Shown here: one piece after another, positions 26,146 through 36,772 of the stretch
Numbering within the stretch: position 1 is the stretch's first letter
How the letters are laid out: each line of letters begins with the position of its first letter
Made by a program: the position numbers and the translations under genes
Source of the DNA: Eremomyces bilateralis CBS 781.70
Taxonomy: Eukaryota
Direction: 5' to 3' (one strand)
Length of the DNA: 48,775 nt
Assembly: GCA_010015585.1 (NCBI GenBank)
Contig: ML975153.1
Notes under the pieces: model-generated
The model's input: the letters and a program-made list of their open reading frames with translations, nothing else
The model's database searches: none
What the model was told of the DNA's origin: nothing

Positions 26146-26998
26146 TGAGCCCACGGAGGGAATTTCGTTCTCAACGCGCCTAGAGACTCTAATATCACAG
26201 TTTCTACAGCGTTTAAGTGTCCCTTACGGATACCCCGTCACTGGAGCTTCAATCCAGTGCCTGCAATTCCCGTTTCCCTTCGCACAATTTCGATATACAG
26301 GTCAGTGAGACGATTTCCACGGTATTCTACCAGGGCAAGCTTCAACAAAGTCTCCAAGGGAAAAACGAACTTCGGGACAAGATGTTCGACTGGATCAAGA
26401 GCAATTGCCATCCTCTTTCTGCCTACACGGTTGTGCACACTGCCCTCTTCCACGTCAGACACAGCTACCGATGTCGGCGAGGCCTTTAGCTACAACATGG
26501 GTTTCTTGCGTCTTGGAATGTACCTGATCAAACTTTTAGTCTTCGGTGAAAGCATGCGGCGTCCCATGATACCGATCTTCGAATGGGAGGCTTCTTAGAC
26601 GAGCATTTTCATAGATTCGATCTTCAAATGGGCGGTCCCGCGAAGGCGAAGAACATTTTCATTTGGTTCCGTATGCCGCACAGCGAGACTGCTACTTAAC
26701 TGCGAATTATCTCTTAGCGTTGAAGTATCTTTTCGCGAATCTCTGCGATATCAGAGTCCAGACCATCGATGGCTTTCAAGAGGTGGAGGGTTATGTTGTC
26801 ATTGCCAATACTGTGATCACTGGTGCGGTCAAGTTCATGGGCGACAGTGGACGGTCTTACATCTTCTCCTCCCAAGTGACCGCAGCCTGGATTCTATGTT
26901 GGCGTTATCATAGACAGAAGGATTCGACCGTCAAATGGGCTGCTTCACAGAATTGTAGAGTAGCAACATTTTCAAAAAGCTTGCTTTGTCGTTCGTGA
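26146..26998 (+). pseudogene. Degraded coding relic of unknown family
   Basis: Consecutive protein-like ORFs in shifting frames (26217-26489, 26257-26598, 26663-26998) with stops and no clean splice signals. Preceded by a CT-rich tract at about 25880-26110. Confidence 0.35.
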
Positions 26999-27129
26999 TA
27001 GTTGAAGTCAAATGAAACTAAGCACCTAGTGTGATTACAACCAGTCTCGAGAAATAGACTAATAGTGTATCGCACTGGGAATTTCTGCATATGTTAACCC
27101 ACATTATTATTGACAAAGATATATATATA

Positions 27130-27866
27130 TTAACAGCTGACCTGCCGTGCCGATGACAGCAATAGTAGTGCAACGATAAGTCCGTAGATTGCTGAGGTGG
27201 TCAGTTAGAGTCCCAAGCCTGCCCTCAATACGAAAGCAAACTTACCCAGAACTTCCGCAAAGATGAGAATCATGACCATTCCGACGTATAGTCGTGGCTG
27301 CTGCACACACGCCCGGGCTCCTGCATCGCCCACAATACCCAAGGAGAATCCTGCAGCCAATCCTGCGATGCCCACTGACAAGCCGGCGCCCAGCTGGATG
27401 AACCCCTTGAAGATGTGATGTTCCGCTTTTAGGTCATTGATGATCATGATGGACACGATCACGCCGTAGATGCCGAGGACGCCGGATAGGATAACCGGTA
27501 TGCTATCTATACCCGCCTCAGTGATGATTTTCGGAAGAGGGGCCAGCTGTCTCGCCTACTTTTGATGACCTGGTCAGGCCTGAGGATGCCGGAGTGCATC
27601 ACGCCGACTCCGGCTTTGGCTGTGCCATAAGAAGCACCCAGGCATGTCAAGCATATCGATGCCGCAACGCCCATAGCACCGAAGAACGGCTGTGAAGGTG
27701 TTAACACTCAGTTCGGATCGATGCCAGTCGAATTGGAGGAATTAGGCCGGCCCGGGGTCTCGTACGCTGTAAACAGGACTATATTTCCGTATCGTCAGCC
27801 CACAGAAGCTTCTTCTAAGAGTACTAAAGAAAATATTGGCCCTTACCAGGCATCTGAAGAATACAT
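27130..27866 (-). CDS. VMA3: V-type ATPase 16 kDa proteolipid subunit c (divergent), 5 exons including a 13-nt microexon
   Basis: [125 protein letters not shown]. The proton-carrying TM4 Glu is retained. Microexon at 27778-27766. Confidence 0.9.
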
Positions 27867-28693
27867 TGGATGTAAACGTTTGGTTTTCCGATGTTCAGTG
27901 GCAATGGCAGCATGGAAGTAAATGATCAGTGTGCAGCGAACAGCATAGAGATACTGGGGATGTCACTTAAATATAAACTCAATGACCAAGAATAGAATTT
28001 AACGTCGAAGTGGCTTGCTGAGGGAACGGAATGAAAGGGGCCGGTATCTCGAAATGCTGCTGCCTGGAGTCGACTCGGTCCATGAGACACAAGACTCGCA
28101 GCATTGCGTCACTTAAATCCGCGAACAAGAGCAATTATATTTTATAGAGCTTGATAAGTGGAAAAAGAAGGTAGCCCATATGAGGGCTGTTGTTATTGCT
28201 CGGGATGGATTTGTTTGAAGTGGATGGAGGCAATATGTCTGGCTCCTTTGGTCCTCTCCCGCAAAGAACCTAAAGTAATTATAGCTTAGAATCAGTGTAA
28301 TCAACCGGAGAGTGGACTGAATTAATGGTGAAGTACATCCCCAGGGCTTTTAAAAATCATCAATCATTCCCTTGCGTTATTTTCATATAACGTTATGGTT
28401 TGAGAGAGAGAGAATGCCGTTTAGATGTTGTGCGGCGGTCCAGACTTCCTTCCTCAGGACATGCGTCACTTTTGCGCCCTTAAAAATCCAGAGTAACGAA
28501 TATTAGCCTTGGTCAAAACCGTCGCTCATCAACAAGTAGAAATTTTACACATCAGTCATCTTTCTTACGGTATATAATACAAGTATTGCCCCAAGATCTA
28601 TGCATGATCGCAGCCTGTGTGTACTGCTTCGGTCCATTTCGCCAATTCCCCCAACCATCCAAAGAAACTCCTTGCAATGCCCATGAACAGTGA

Positions 28694-31228
28694 TCAAGCA
28701 TAATCATCCTCATTTTCCTTTTCTTGGCCCTCGACGACCAGGTCTACCTGTTTGACGGGATGCAGCAGCATTGCCGGAAGGCACATGCGTCCCTCATTAA
28801 GAACCTCCCATTCCTCCCCGCCGTCGTTGTCGACCTTGTACCCTAACCAGCGTTTCCAGAGGTTCGGAGCGAAACCCGCGTGGTAATACCAAGTGGTACC
28901 AAGGAAGTTGTGCTGCCGTTCATCGGAGAAGACGCTGGGTCGCGCGCCACCCGAAGCCCCATTCCTCCCGCCATTAAATATCGCGGCCAGATAGTCGGTC
29001 GGCCATTGCCGGTCGACGAAGACGGGATGCGGAGCGTACACAGCCTTGAATCCATGATGGAGCGCGCATGTTCCCGGCCACATCTCGGAGAACATGGTAT
29101 GCCGCTTGAGAGCGGTTTCGCGGTGCATCGTTTCCAAGAGGCGCCGCGACATGCGACTGGACGTATTGATCGCTGTGCGACGAGGAGGGAGCCCATGAGT
29201 CTTGTTGTAGCCCGTCACGTCGTCCGCAAGAATCCAATTCGTTCCAGCCGGGTCGAAGAGCGGATTGAAGACAATGAGGTCGGCCTCTTCGCCAACGCCC
29301 CATTCGTGTTTGTCATCTTTGATCGATTGGGGAGGAAAAGGGTCATTCTGCGTCTCCAGCACGTCATCCAGTGGAGGATCCGCTCCCCAGATCGGCTTCT
29401 CCGCTTGCTGCTGTGGTTGCGCATATGCAGGCAGGTTCGGATTCTTCGCAGCAAGTTCGGTCCAGATGTTGCTCTTGGTACTGGTTCCATGCTCGGTCTG
29501 GACTCGAACGAGATGTTTGAAATCTTCCCAGGAACCATGTTCACTCGGAACATAAAAGCGCGAATTTCTCTCCCATAGACCTTTCCGCGGCTGCTGGGCC
29601 GCCCATTGGCTGACCTTGTCGAAGAGGTGGTAGAAGTGCCCGGTATACCGGACGTCCATCTCCCAGTGCCAGATGTAGTCGTACTCCGGGTGACGGTGGG
29701 AGAAATACTGTACCGGCATGAATGAGCTCCGGTACGCTCCATAGACAGGCAAGCCCCTGTACATGCTCTCCTCCAAGCCACCATAGATAAGTGACATCTG
29801 GCGCTCCGACCACAGAGTTCCCATCCCGCGAAACTCCGGGGGAAGTGCACTGTCCAGGACGCTTTGGTAAGTCTCCTCATCCGCCCAGATCTGTTTGTCG
29901 TCGTCTTTGACGTGGATTAGGAAATGGACCTCGTACTCCCCGCCCGAAAGAAGCGAAAGCTCTGCAACCAGCGCTCTCAAGAATAAAAGGTCTTCGTCAT
30001 CGTATTCGTAGTTGTGCCATGTTCTCAGAAGAAGAGCTGTGCGGGGTAGTCGCTTGTTTACAGCGGTCGTCGATGTGGAGGCCTGGGATTCGGCTGGAAT
30101 GGAAGTCGGAGGAAACGCCAGTCCATGTTCGCTAGAGTCGGCATCGAAGCCGGCATCAGATTCGCTGGACTCCCGTTGTGTTTCTCGCTTTTCGTTGTGC
30201 ACTCCCAAACCCTCTGCATTCGGTGGATGTGCGACTAACATCTGGTCCACGTTGTTTTGACTAGGTATGGTCCCGTTAAATCGGTGCCTGTTGGCTTCCG
30301 AACACCGCCTTTGGGCATCGGCCCAATTGACTTTCCTGAAGTCAACTTCCGGCTCTTCCGCCCACACATCATCAGCTCCGTCCCGATCGCCACCCAAGGC
30401 AGAGCCACTTCCTCCTGCATGTCGAGGATATCCAAGTCCATATGGTCCAAGCCTCCCAAATCGTTCAAAACAAATGTCGTCTCGTAATCCCAACATCGAG
30501 TACGAGCCCATGACGTTTTCGGGCATTCCCTTGGGCACCCCAGGGTAAGCAAGCAACTGAGGTATTCGAATGGTGTTTGCGGAATCGAGAAAACACTCCG
30601 CAACTTCGGTATACTCGTCCTTGTACGCCTGTGAGCTGTAGTTCGGAAAAGGTGAGAACTTCTGCGCTTTCGGGAGTGCAGTATCCCCTCTCTCCTCTTT
30701 TTCATCTCTTTTCTGGCCCACAGGCTTCTCCAATATCACCACAGTATGGTTCCCTGGATATTCGGGCCGATTTTCGGATCGCGGAACGAGTGTTCGGATT
30801 CCCCCATGATACCTCGTTAGGAACGGGAATGCCTCCCATGCATGGGGGCCAGCAGGCCGGCCAAACCCTTTATACACGGATTTTGCCGATGCCCAACTCT
30901 GTCGCACAAGCGTGAGGATGAAGATAATGACTATCGACAGGAGGACCAGCGTGAAGTAGCGAGCGTATCGCCGGGGCGGTCGATAGGAGTAGGCTTTCGC
31001 TTTCCGCGCGGACGAGCCTGAAACATGGCGAAGCATCCCTTGATAAGATGAGGAGGTGGCGCGCGAGGAGTATGCCGAAGTGGAGGTCGGGGATTCCAGA
31101 TAATCGGATTCATCGAGGGCTTTCTCATCGTCGTAGTAATCGTCGGGTTCTGTGGCGATGGAGGTGTAGGCTTTGAATTTGCGCTTCGCTACCCGTAATG
31201 GGCTGAAGCTACTGCCAGGGGCAGACAT
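28694..31228 (-). CDS. DUF3405-like type II membrane protein
   Basis: Single N-terminal TM (FTLVLLSIVIIFILTLV), then CFERFGRLGPYGLGY, RTALLLRTW, LRALVAELSLLSGGEYEVHFLIHVK, YIWHWEMDVRYTGH, QPRKGLWERNSRFYVP, GRMCLPAMLLHPVK. Likely start MSAPGSS. Confidence 0.85.
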   Translation of the reverse strand: MSAPGSSFSPLRVAKRKFKAYTSIATEPDDYYDDEKALDESDYLESPTSTSAYSSRATSSSYQGMLRHVSGSSARKAKAYSYRPPRRYARYFTLVLLSIVIIFILTLVRQSWASAKSVYKGFGRPAGPHAWEAFPFLTRYHGGIRTLVPRSENRPEYPGNHTVVILEKPVGQKRDEKEERGDTALPKAQKFSPFPNYSSQAYKDEYTEVAECFLDSANTIRIPQLLAYPGVPKGMPENVMGSYSMLGLRDDICFERFGRLGPYGLGYPRHAGGSGSALGGDRDGADDVWAEEPEVDFRKVNWADAQRRCSEANRHRFNGTIPSQNNVDQMLVAHPPNAEGLGVHNEKRETQRESSESDAGFDADSSEHGLAFPPTSIPAESQASTSTTAVNKRLPRTALLLRTWHNYEYDDEDLLFLRALVAELSLLSGGEYEVHFLIHVKDDDKQIWADEETYQSVLDSALPPEFRGMGTLWSERQMSLIYGGLEESMYRGLPVYGAYRSSFMPVQYFSHRHPEYDYIWHWEMDVRYTGHFYHLFDKVSQWAAQQPRKGLWERNSRFYVPSEHGSWEDFKHLVRVQTEHGTSTKSNIWTELAAKNPNLPAYAQPQQQAEKPIWGADPPLDDVLETQNDPFPPQSIKDDKHEWGVGEEADLIVFNPLFDPAGTNWILADDVTGYNKTHGLPPRRTAINTSSRMSRRLLETMHRETALKRHTMFSEMWPGTCALHHGFKAVYAPHPVFVDRQWPTDYLAAIFNGGRNGASGGARPSVFSDERQHNFLGTTWYYHAGFAPNLWKRWLGYKVDNDGGEEWEVLNEGRMCLPAMLLHPVKQVDLVVEGQEKENEDDYA

Positions 31229-31964
31229 GTGTCGGAGTCTCGTCTGGGTTTGGATGTCTAATTCGCGATTGACACGTGGGAAGAGACCGAATTCGCAACT
31301 TCCTTGAAAGAGTTTACAATCGTTGACGAATGTATTGGAACAGGACTTTGAATTTAATCGAGGTAAAGACAAGAATACAAAGGGGTCCTTTGCTCAGAAA
31401 GCATATTTACATGAGCATTAAGGGAAGAAAGTGCATGAATGTCAAAGAGGATGTTGTACTTCAGTCCAATATCAATAGCAACAATTGCACATCAACGAAG
31501 CGATCAATCCTGTTCATTGTTTGCGCCAAGCAACTCGTCACAACAGCCCGGGTGGCCCACTATCACCAAGTCAACCAGACCAGAGGTGCAGGCCGTACCG
31601 CCGTAGGGGATGGGTTTCACGTGACAGCTCTGTTCCATCCTGCTTACTCATCCCAAATTGTAGCCTGTAAATCTGTAAGGACGGACTAAGGACGGGTGGG
31701 GGTGCACGTGATGTCCTATCTTTCTGATTGACACCTCAGGCAGCAAGGTGTCAACATCAGCACGCGCAGCCCAGCATTTCGCGCGCAACGTTATGCTGAC
31801 GTTGGGGGTTGAGCGTTGCTGCGTGGCTTCAAATTGTAAACTCCATGTTGAAGGTCCATCTTGATTACATCTATGTCAACCGCGTATCCTTCAAGGCTTC
31901 AACACACTTCGGCTTATGCCCACTTCGAATTGCTTTTGATTGACGACTCTGACCATCCAACAAA

Positions 31965-32839
31965 ATGAATATCTTCCGACTCTTTGGTATGTCCCATCCC
32001 TTTGAATGCGCTCCGGAGATGTTGAAGCTAACCATTCACTTAAGCGGATTTGTCACATCTGGTGTCAATCCTGATCCTGCTACAGAAGATGAAATCTTCA
32101 AGTGTCAGTTCATTCCTGGTTGCCGAAATGTGTTTCTGAACTAAACCATATGTGCCGACAGAGCGCCTCAGGAATCTCCTTCAAATCGCAATTCCTATAC
32201 TTCCTCGTTTACGTGACGCGATACATCGACTTGCTATGGACATTCTATAAGCCGGAGAGCTTGTACAACACCGTGTTCAAAATCATCTTCATCGCGACCT
32301 CCGCGTACACGATCTACTTGATGTTGAACGACTACAAACCGACCCACGATCCGAATCTAGACACGTTTAGGGTGGAATATCTCTTAGCAGGGAGCTTGCT
32401 GCTGGCTGTCATTTTCCCCTACAAGTACAATTTTACGGAGGTACGTCACATCCAAGAAGCATAATCCGGGCGGAACAAGACGTTGACGCTTTGACAGATC
32501 TTCTGGGCCTTTTCCATCTGGCTAGAAGCGGTTGCGATCTTGCCTCAACTTTTCATGCTACAACGAACCGGGGAAGCCGAGACAATCACAACCCATTACT
32601 TGTTCGCGCTCGGGATCTACAGGGCTCTGTACATCCCCAACTGGATCTACCGATATACGATGGAGACCCCTCCGTACAGCGATCCTATCGCCGTCCTCGC
32701 CGGAATCGTCCAGACCATCCTTTACTCGGACTTCTTCTGGATCTACTATACCAAGTCAGTGTTCGTATCCTGACTTCTGCCCCTCTACTAACGCTTCTGA
32801 AGGGTCATGCAAGGGAAGAAGTTCAACCTTCCCGTTTGA
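31965..32839 (+). CDS. ERD2: ER lumen protein-retaining (HDEL/KDEL) receptor, 5 exons
   Basis: [115 protein letters not shown]. Confidence 0.97.
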
Positions 32840-33166
32840 GCGGAAACCCTCCTTGTGCCATCGATTCAGGCACAATGCGATCCGGTCGTCCATCCACATG
32901 TGCTGGGATGGATGCTCAACTCCCACGGGTGCATCTCGTGCATTGACGGATTGATCGAGGTACCTAAACAGTAAGTTTGGGGGATTGGCGTTCTGGAGGC
33001 GGTTCTCGAACACGAATCTGGAAGTCTCTATAGACCTGGCAGGCCATGGCGACGAGTAATGAGAAGTGCTATTTACGGTCAATACACGGGCAAAGGCTTC
33101 ACCGTGGGAGGATGTGCTGTACAAATAGCAAATATACCAGGTGGCATGGAGTAAGCTCTGAATGAT

Positions 33167-34462
33167 CTAAGCATGAACTCCGGATCCGTCGTCTTCTATG
33201 CCGCATACGTCACTATCCAGCCACTTCCAGGCAAAGAACTTCCAATTTAACTCTTGGTGCCAAAATAGGCCGTAACCAAGGGAGTTGGAGTCCTTTCCTT
33301 TCGATGTTGTTAGCGCGCCTGTGAGGGGTAGTTCCCGTCGGAACACGCAAGACGCGAATCGGCCATGAAGAATGGCCATCGAACACATGACGCACGGTTC
33401 GTGGGTCAGATATATCTCCAAGTTCAAACAGAGGTACCCGCGCGGGGCAATATTGTCCAAAGCGAAGAACTTGCTTTCCAACTCGTTGAGCGGGAGATCC
33501 ATGTACGCACTCTGCTCCTCTGCCGATTGCTCCCCAGCTCCCTGAACATCTTCATCCACCCGCAAGCGTTTCCGGGCGACCATGCCCATCGCTCTCATGA
33601 CGGCGTGGGCCATGACATTCCCCGCGCACGAATTCGCGGAACCCACACCGCCATACCGGGCATCACCGGCCACGGAAACCACCTCCGCAATCCCATCCTT
33701 CCGTCGCTCGACGACGACGCATCCGACAGACGGACCGGAATTGGAAGCGTGGCATGCTTGCGCCGCACGCTCCGCCAGGGCGAGAAACCGGGGCGCATCC
33801 GCATCGACGATCGCGGTGCTTTGGCTGAGTATTTTCGGATGCGGCCCGTACGGATTCGTGTTCTTGTAGACACACGGCCAGAAATGTTCAGACCATCCAG
33901 CCGCCTGTGCGGCGGAGATGGGCGTGCTTCGCGGGATAGTCGACGTCAGAACAACCGGGGGGGAGGGCGTTGCCGGTGGACGCTTTTCATTGCCGTCGAC
34001 GTGCGCGTTCAGAGATGACAGAACTTCTAACAGCGAACTTAACGCGGTGCTTGCGGGGACAGCCAAGAGGTATATGTATCCAGCCGCGGCAGGCGGTGCG
34101 TCTGGACTGACTTCTTCTCGCTCGTCCGGGATCAGCGCTTCAAAGCGCGACCGCAATTGAGCGGGGAGTAACGTGAATTTGGTATAACCTCTGAGATGTG
34201 CGAGCTCGAGATCTCGCGATGCGGGAAAGGTCTCCTTTATGAGCGCAACGACATCAGTGGCTCTTCGTGGGTTGACCGCGACGACGTGAACATCAACTGG
34301 TTGATCAATTAGCCAATATCTATTAAAGTCCGATACATATAGCCACAAACTCAAATCGGTTTCCGCTTCTAGTTCTCCTTTAGTTTTTAAAGGGACCAAT
34401 TTTCCGCTGAGAGGCTTAATATCCAGGTCCTCTATGAGTTGCGTGCTGATACTGCTAGCCAT
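33167..34462 (-). CDS. TAD3: tRNA-specific adenosine-34 deaminase, non-catalytic subunit
   Basis: WSEHFWPCVYK, NPYGPHP, AHAVMRAM (HAV in place of catalytic HAE, diagnostic of Tad3), GYLCLNLEIYLTHEPCVMCSMAILHGRF, LNWKF. Probable 54-nt intron at 34350-34297. Confidence 0.92.
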   Translation of the reverse strand: MASSISTQLIEDLDIKPLSGKLVPLKTKGELEAETDLSLWLYVSDFNRYWLIDQPVDVHVVAVNPRRATDVVALIKETFPASRDLELAHLRGYTKFTLLPAQLRSRFEALIPDEREEVSPDAPPAAAGYIYLLAVPASTALSSLLEVLSSLNAHVDGNEKRPPATPSPPVVLTSTIPRSTPISAAQAAGWSEHFWPCVYKNTNPYGPHPKILSQSTAIVDADAPRFLALAERAAQACHASNSGPSVGCVVVERRKDGIAEVVSVAGDARYGGVGSANSCAGNVMAHAVMRAMGMVARKRLRVDEDVQGAGEQSAEEQSAYMDLPLNELESKFFALDNIAPRGYLCLNLEIYLTHEPCVMCSMAILHGRFASCVFRRELPLTGALTTSKGKDSNSLGYGLFWHQELNWKFFAWKWLDSDVCGIEDDGSGVHA

Positions 34463-34649
34463 ATCGCTCCGGCTACCACTATGTACCGACTCTATAACCC
34501 ATCCATTCCGTAGGGATTATTCCCAAGCGACAGATGTGCTGGATGCAATTCTGCACATCTTCAAGACCGATATTTCATGTTACGGGAGACCTACCAAAAG
34601 TCCGTCAGCCAAAATATTAGATTGATATCATGATGTGAAGATCTAGAGC

Positions 34650-34672
34650 AGGCCACAAGGCCACAAGGCCAC
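34650..34672. repeat. Tandem 8-mer (AGGCCACA) about x3 in the TAD3/PEX16 divergent promoter
   Basis: AGGCCACAAGGCCACAAGGCCAC read directly from the sequence. Confidence 0.7.
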
Positions 34673-34854
34673 GCATCTGATCTCCCCCGGCACCTCGGCA
34701 TCCATGTGCTTTATAGCATCATAAGCCATACGACACCTGTCCAGCCCTCTTCAATACGATCGTGTCTCTGACATCTCCATACGCGTCGCTGCGAATCACC
34801 TCCGATCCAAAGCCATCCATTTATCGAGTGCTTCCCACCGGAGAGGAAGTCACC

Positions 34855-36212
34855 ATGGATGCGCATAAGTTCGCCTCCAAGGGGGTTCCAGAGGCCCTAT
34901 CACTCCCCCCCAAATGGCTGGGAATGTACAGTGATTTCATTCTGAAGAATGCCAGCGCGGTCAGCCAGATAGAGAGTGCGCTGCGATCGTTAACATATAT
35001 AATACCGGGTATGGACCTCCTATCCGAAGCCTATGGCCTACCGTATTCTAACAGTGTTAGGTCGATTCCGCGAATCTGAAATCGCATCCGAGTCCTGTAG
35101 GCGATTATCCATGTGTCAGCTTCCAGCATCAACTAACAGCAATTCAGTACATTCTGGTGTCCAACTCCTCTCCCTATACCATGACTCCCTCCTTTCAAAA
35201 GCCATCTCACGTCTTCCGCTTCCCCAACGGCCCCATCCTTCTCCACATAACCGCTACACGAAGTTCTGGTCACAACGATCCCCGTTCTATCGCCGCCTTG
35301 CCCTCACGCTGCAGATGATTCAATACACGGAATTACTGTGGGAAATGGCCGCCAAACGCAAGGGAGAAAAGGTCCGATGGCGCGTGGTGGTCTTCCTCGA
35401 AGCCATCAAAGCCCTCTGCCGGCTCCTCTTACTCCGCCTCACCAATTCACGACCGCTGTTAAGCCCGCCTCTCCCCGAACGCGAAGTCGACCCCGCCACA
35501 GTCGAGGAGAGTGCTCGTGCAGCGAGCGCGGAGGAGCGGGGTGAGCCTCTTATCCCTCCCCCGGACCTGAATGATGGCTCGCAGACACCCCCATCGGAAC
35601 GCTCCGAGGCGCCCTCAGATGCCGGATGGACGATGCCGCGGACGGGTCTGTCCATGCCAAGCCTGCCTGACACGAGCGATATTTCGAGCTACCTCCTCAG
35701 CAAGGTGCTGACGGCGGATGACATCAAGCCTCCCAAGGCGCTGTTGCATCGCGTTTCGGGCAAGGGTGAGATCGCGGAGATCTTGTACATCCTGCGACCA
35801 GTGGTATATGCATTCGCTATGCAGAGATGGGGCCGCGACAAGAAGAACTGGACTCCTTGGCTGCTAGGTCTCAGCATCGAGTATGGCGCTCGACAACTCG
35901 CAAAGAATGATTTCCAGGAGCGCTTGGCTGGCGGGCTGCGGGGATTGACGGTTTTAGAACGAGAGGAACTCCGCAAGCGAGGATGGAATCTGGGTTGGTG
36001 GATGATGCGCGGTGCCTTCTACGAGAACATCACCAAGTGAGTGCTCTCCCCGTCGGCGTATTTGCTCCCATATCTAACCTGCATCTAGGGGATGGATCCA
36101 CACAGTATCGCAAAAGCTACAAAACAAGCCTTTACTAGGCTTGGTAGGCGGTATCATCGAGGATTACGAATTCCTTTGGGATCAGCACTATTTCCCCACA
36201 GCAACGCTGTGA
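34855..36212 (+). CDS. PEX16: Peroxisomal membrane biogenesis protein Pex16, 4 exons
   Basis: YSDFILKNASAVSQIESALRSLTYIIPGRFRESEIASES, LLSLYHDSLL, PSPHNRYT, YTELLWEMAA, RWRVVVFLEAIKALCRL, EILYILRPVVYA, WWMMRGAFYENITK, EDYEFLWDQHYF. Confidence 0.95.
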
Positions 36213-36772
36213 GAGTCCACTCATTTACAATTTCCTTTGCAATATTCGGTCGAGAGCAGCATTGGCTTGGTCACGGCGCAGTTCTTGACATATACCCAGG
36301 TCACTTGAGGGTTAACGATGGAAGTGTTCGGTTAACAGACGCTGTTTGATGCAATAGACGGAACATGCGCCATTGTACACTATATATTAACTATGTGGGA
36401 ATCATCTTTTCCGAGGAAATTGTTGGAACATTTAGTGGTTAGGGATGAGGCCTTCGCGATTCATGGGCTAGGGGCGTACGGTATATGTACTAATTACGCT
36501 ACAACCACTTCTCATATGAAGTGAAAGAACTATAGTGATCTTGAGACATACGTCCGTTACGATCTGAGCATTAAAGTTCTAGTAAAATTGAGTGAACGTC
36601 GAGCCTTCGTGACGAATTCATGAGCTGGAGGTTTTAAGGTCACGTAGTTCGAATTTCGGCTTCACACACCATGGGCCGCAAGAAAAAATCTTTTGAGTAG
36701 TTCAGCTTCGGACTGAGTATATGATCTAAGATACCATCGAGTCGATGCAGTATCTGGAGCAGTGTCTATGAT

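Noticed and set aside
36620..36672. GTTCGAAT followed by ..CACCA, tRNA-like
   Set aside because: The T-stem and acceptor stem do not pair and there is no D arm or anticodon arm.
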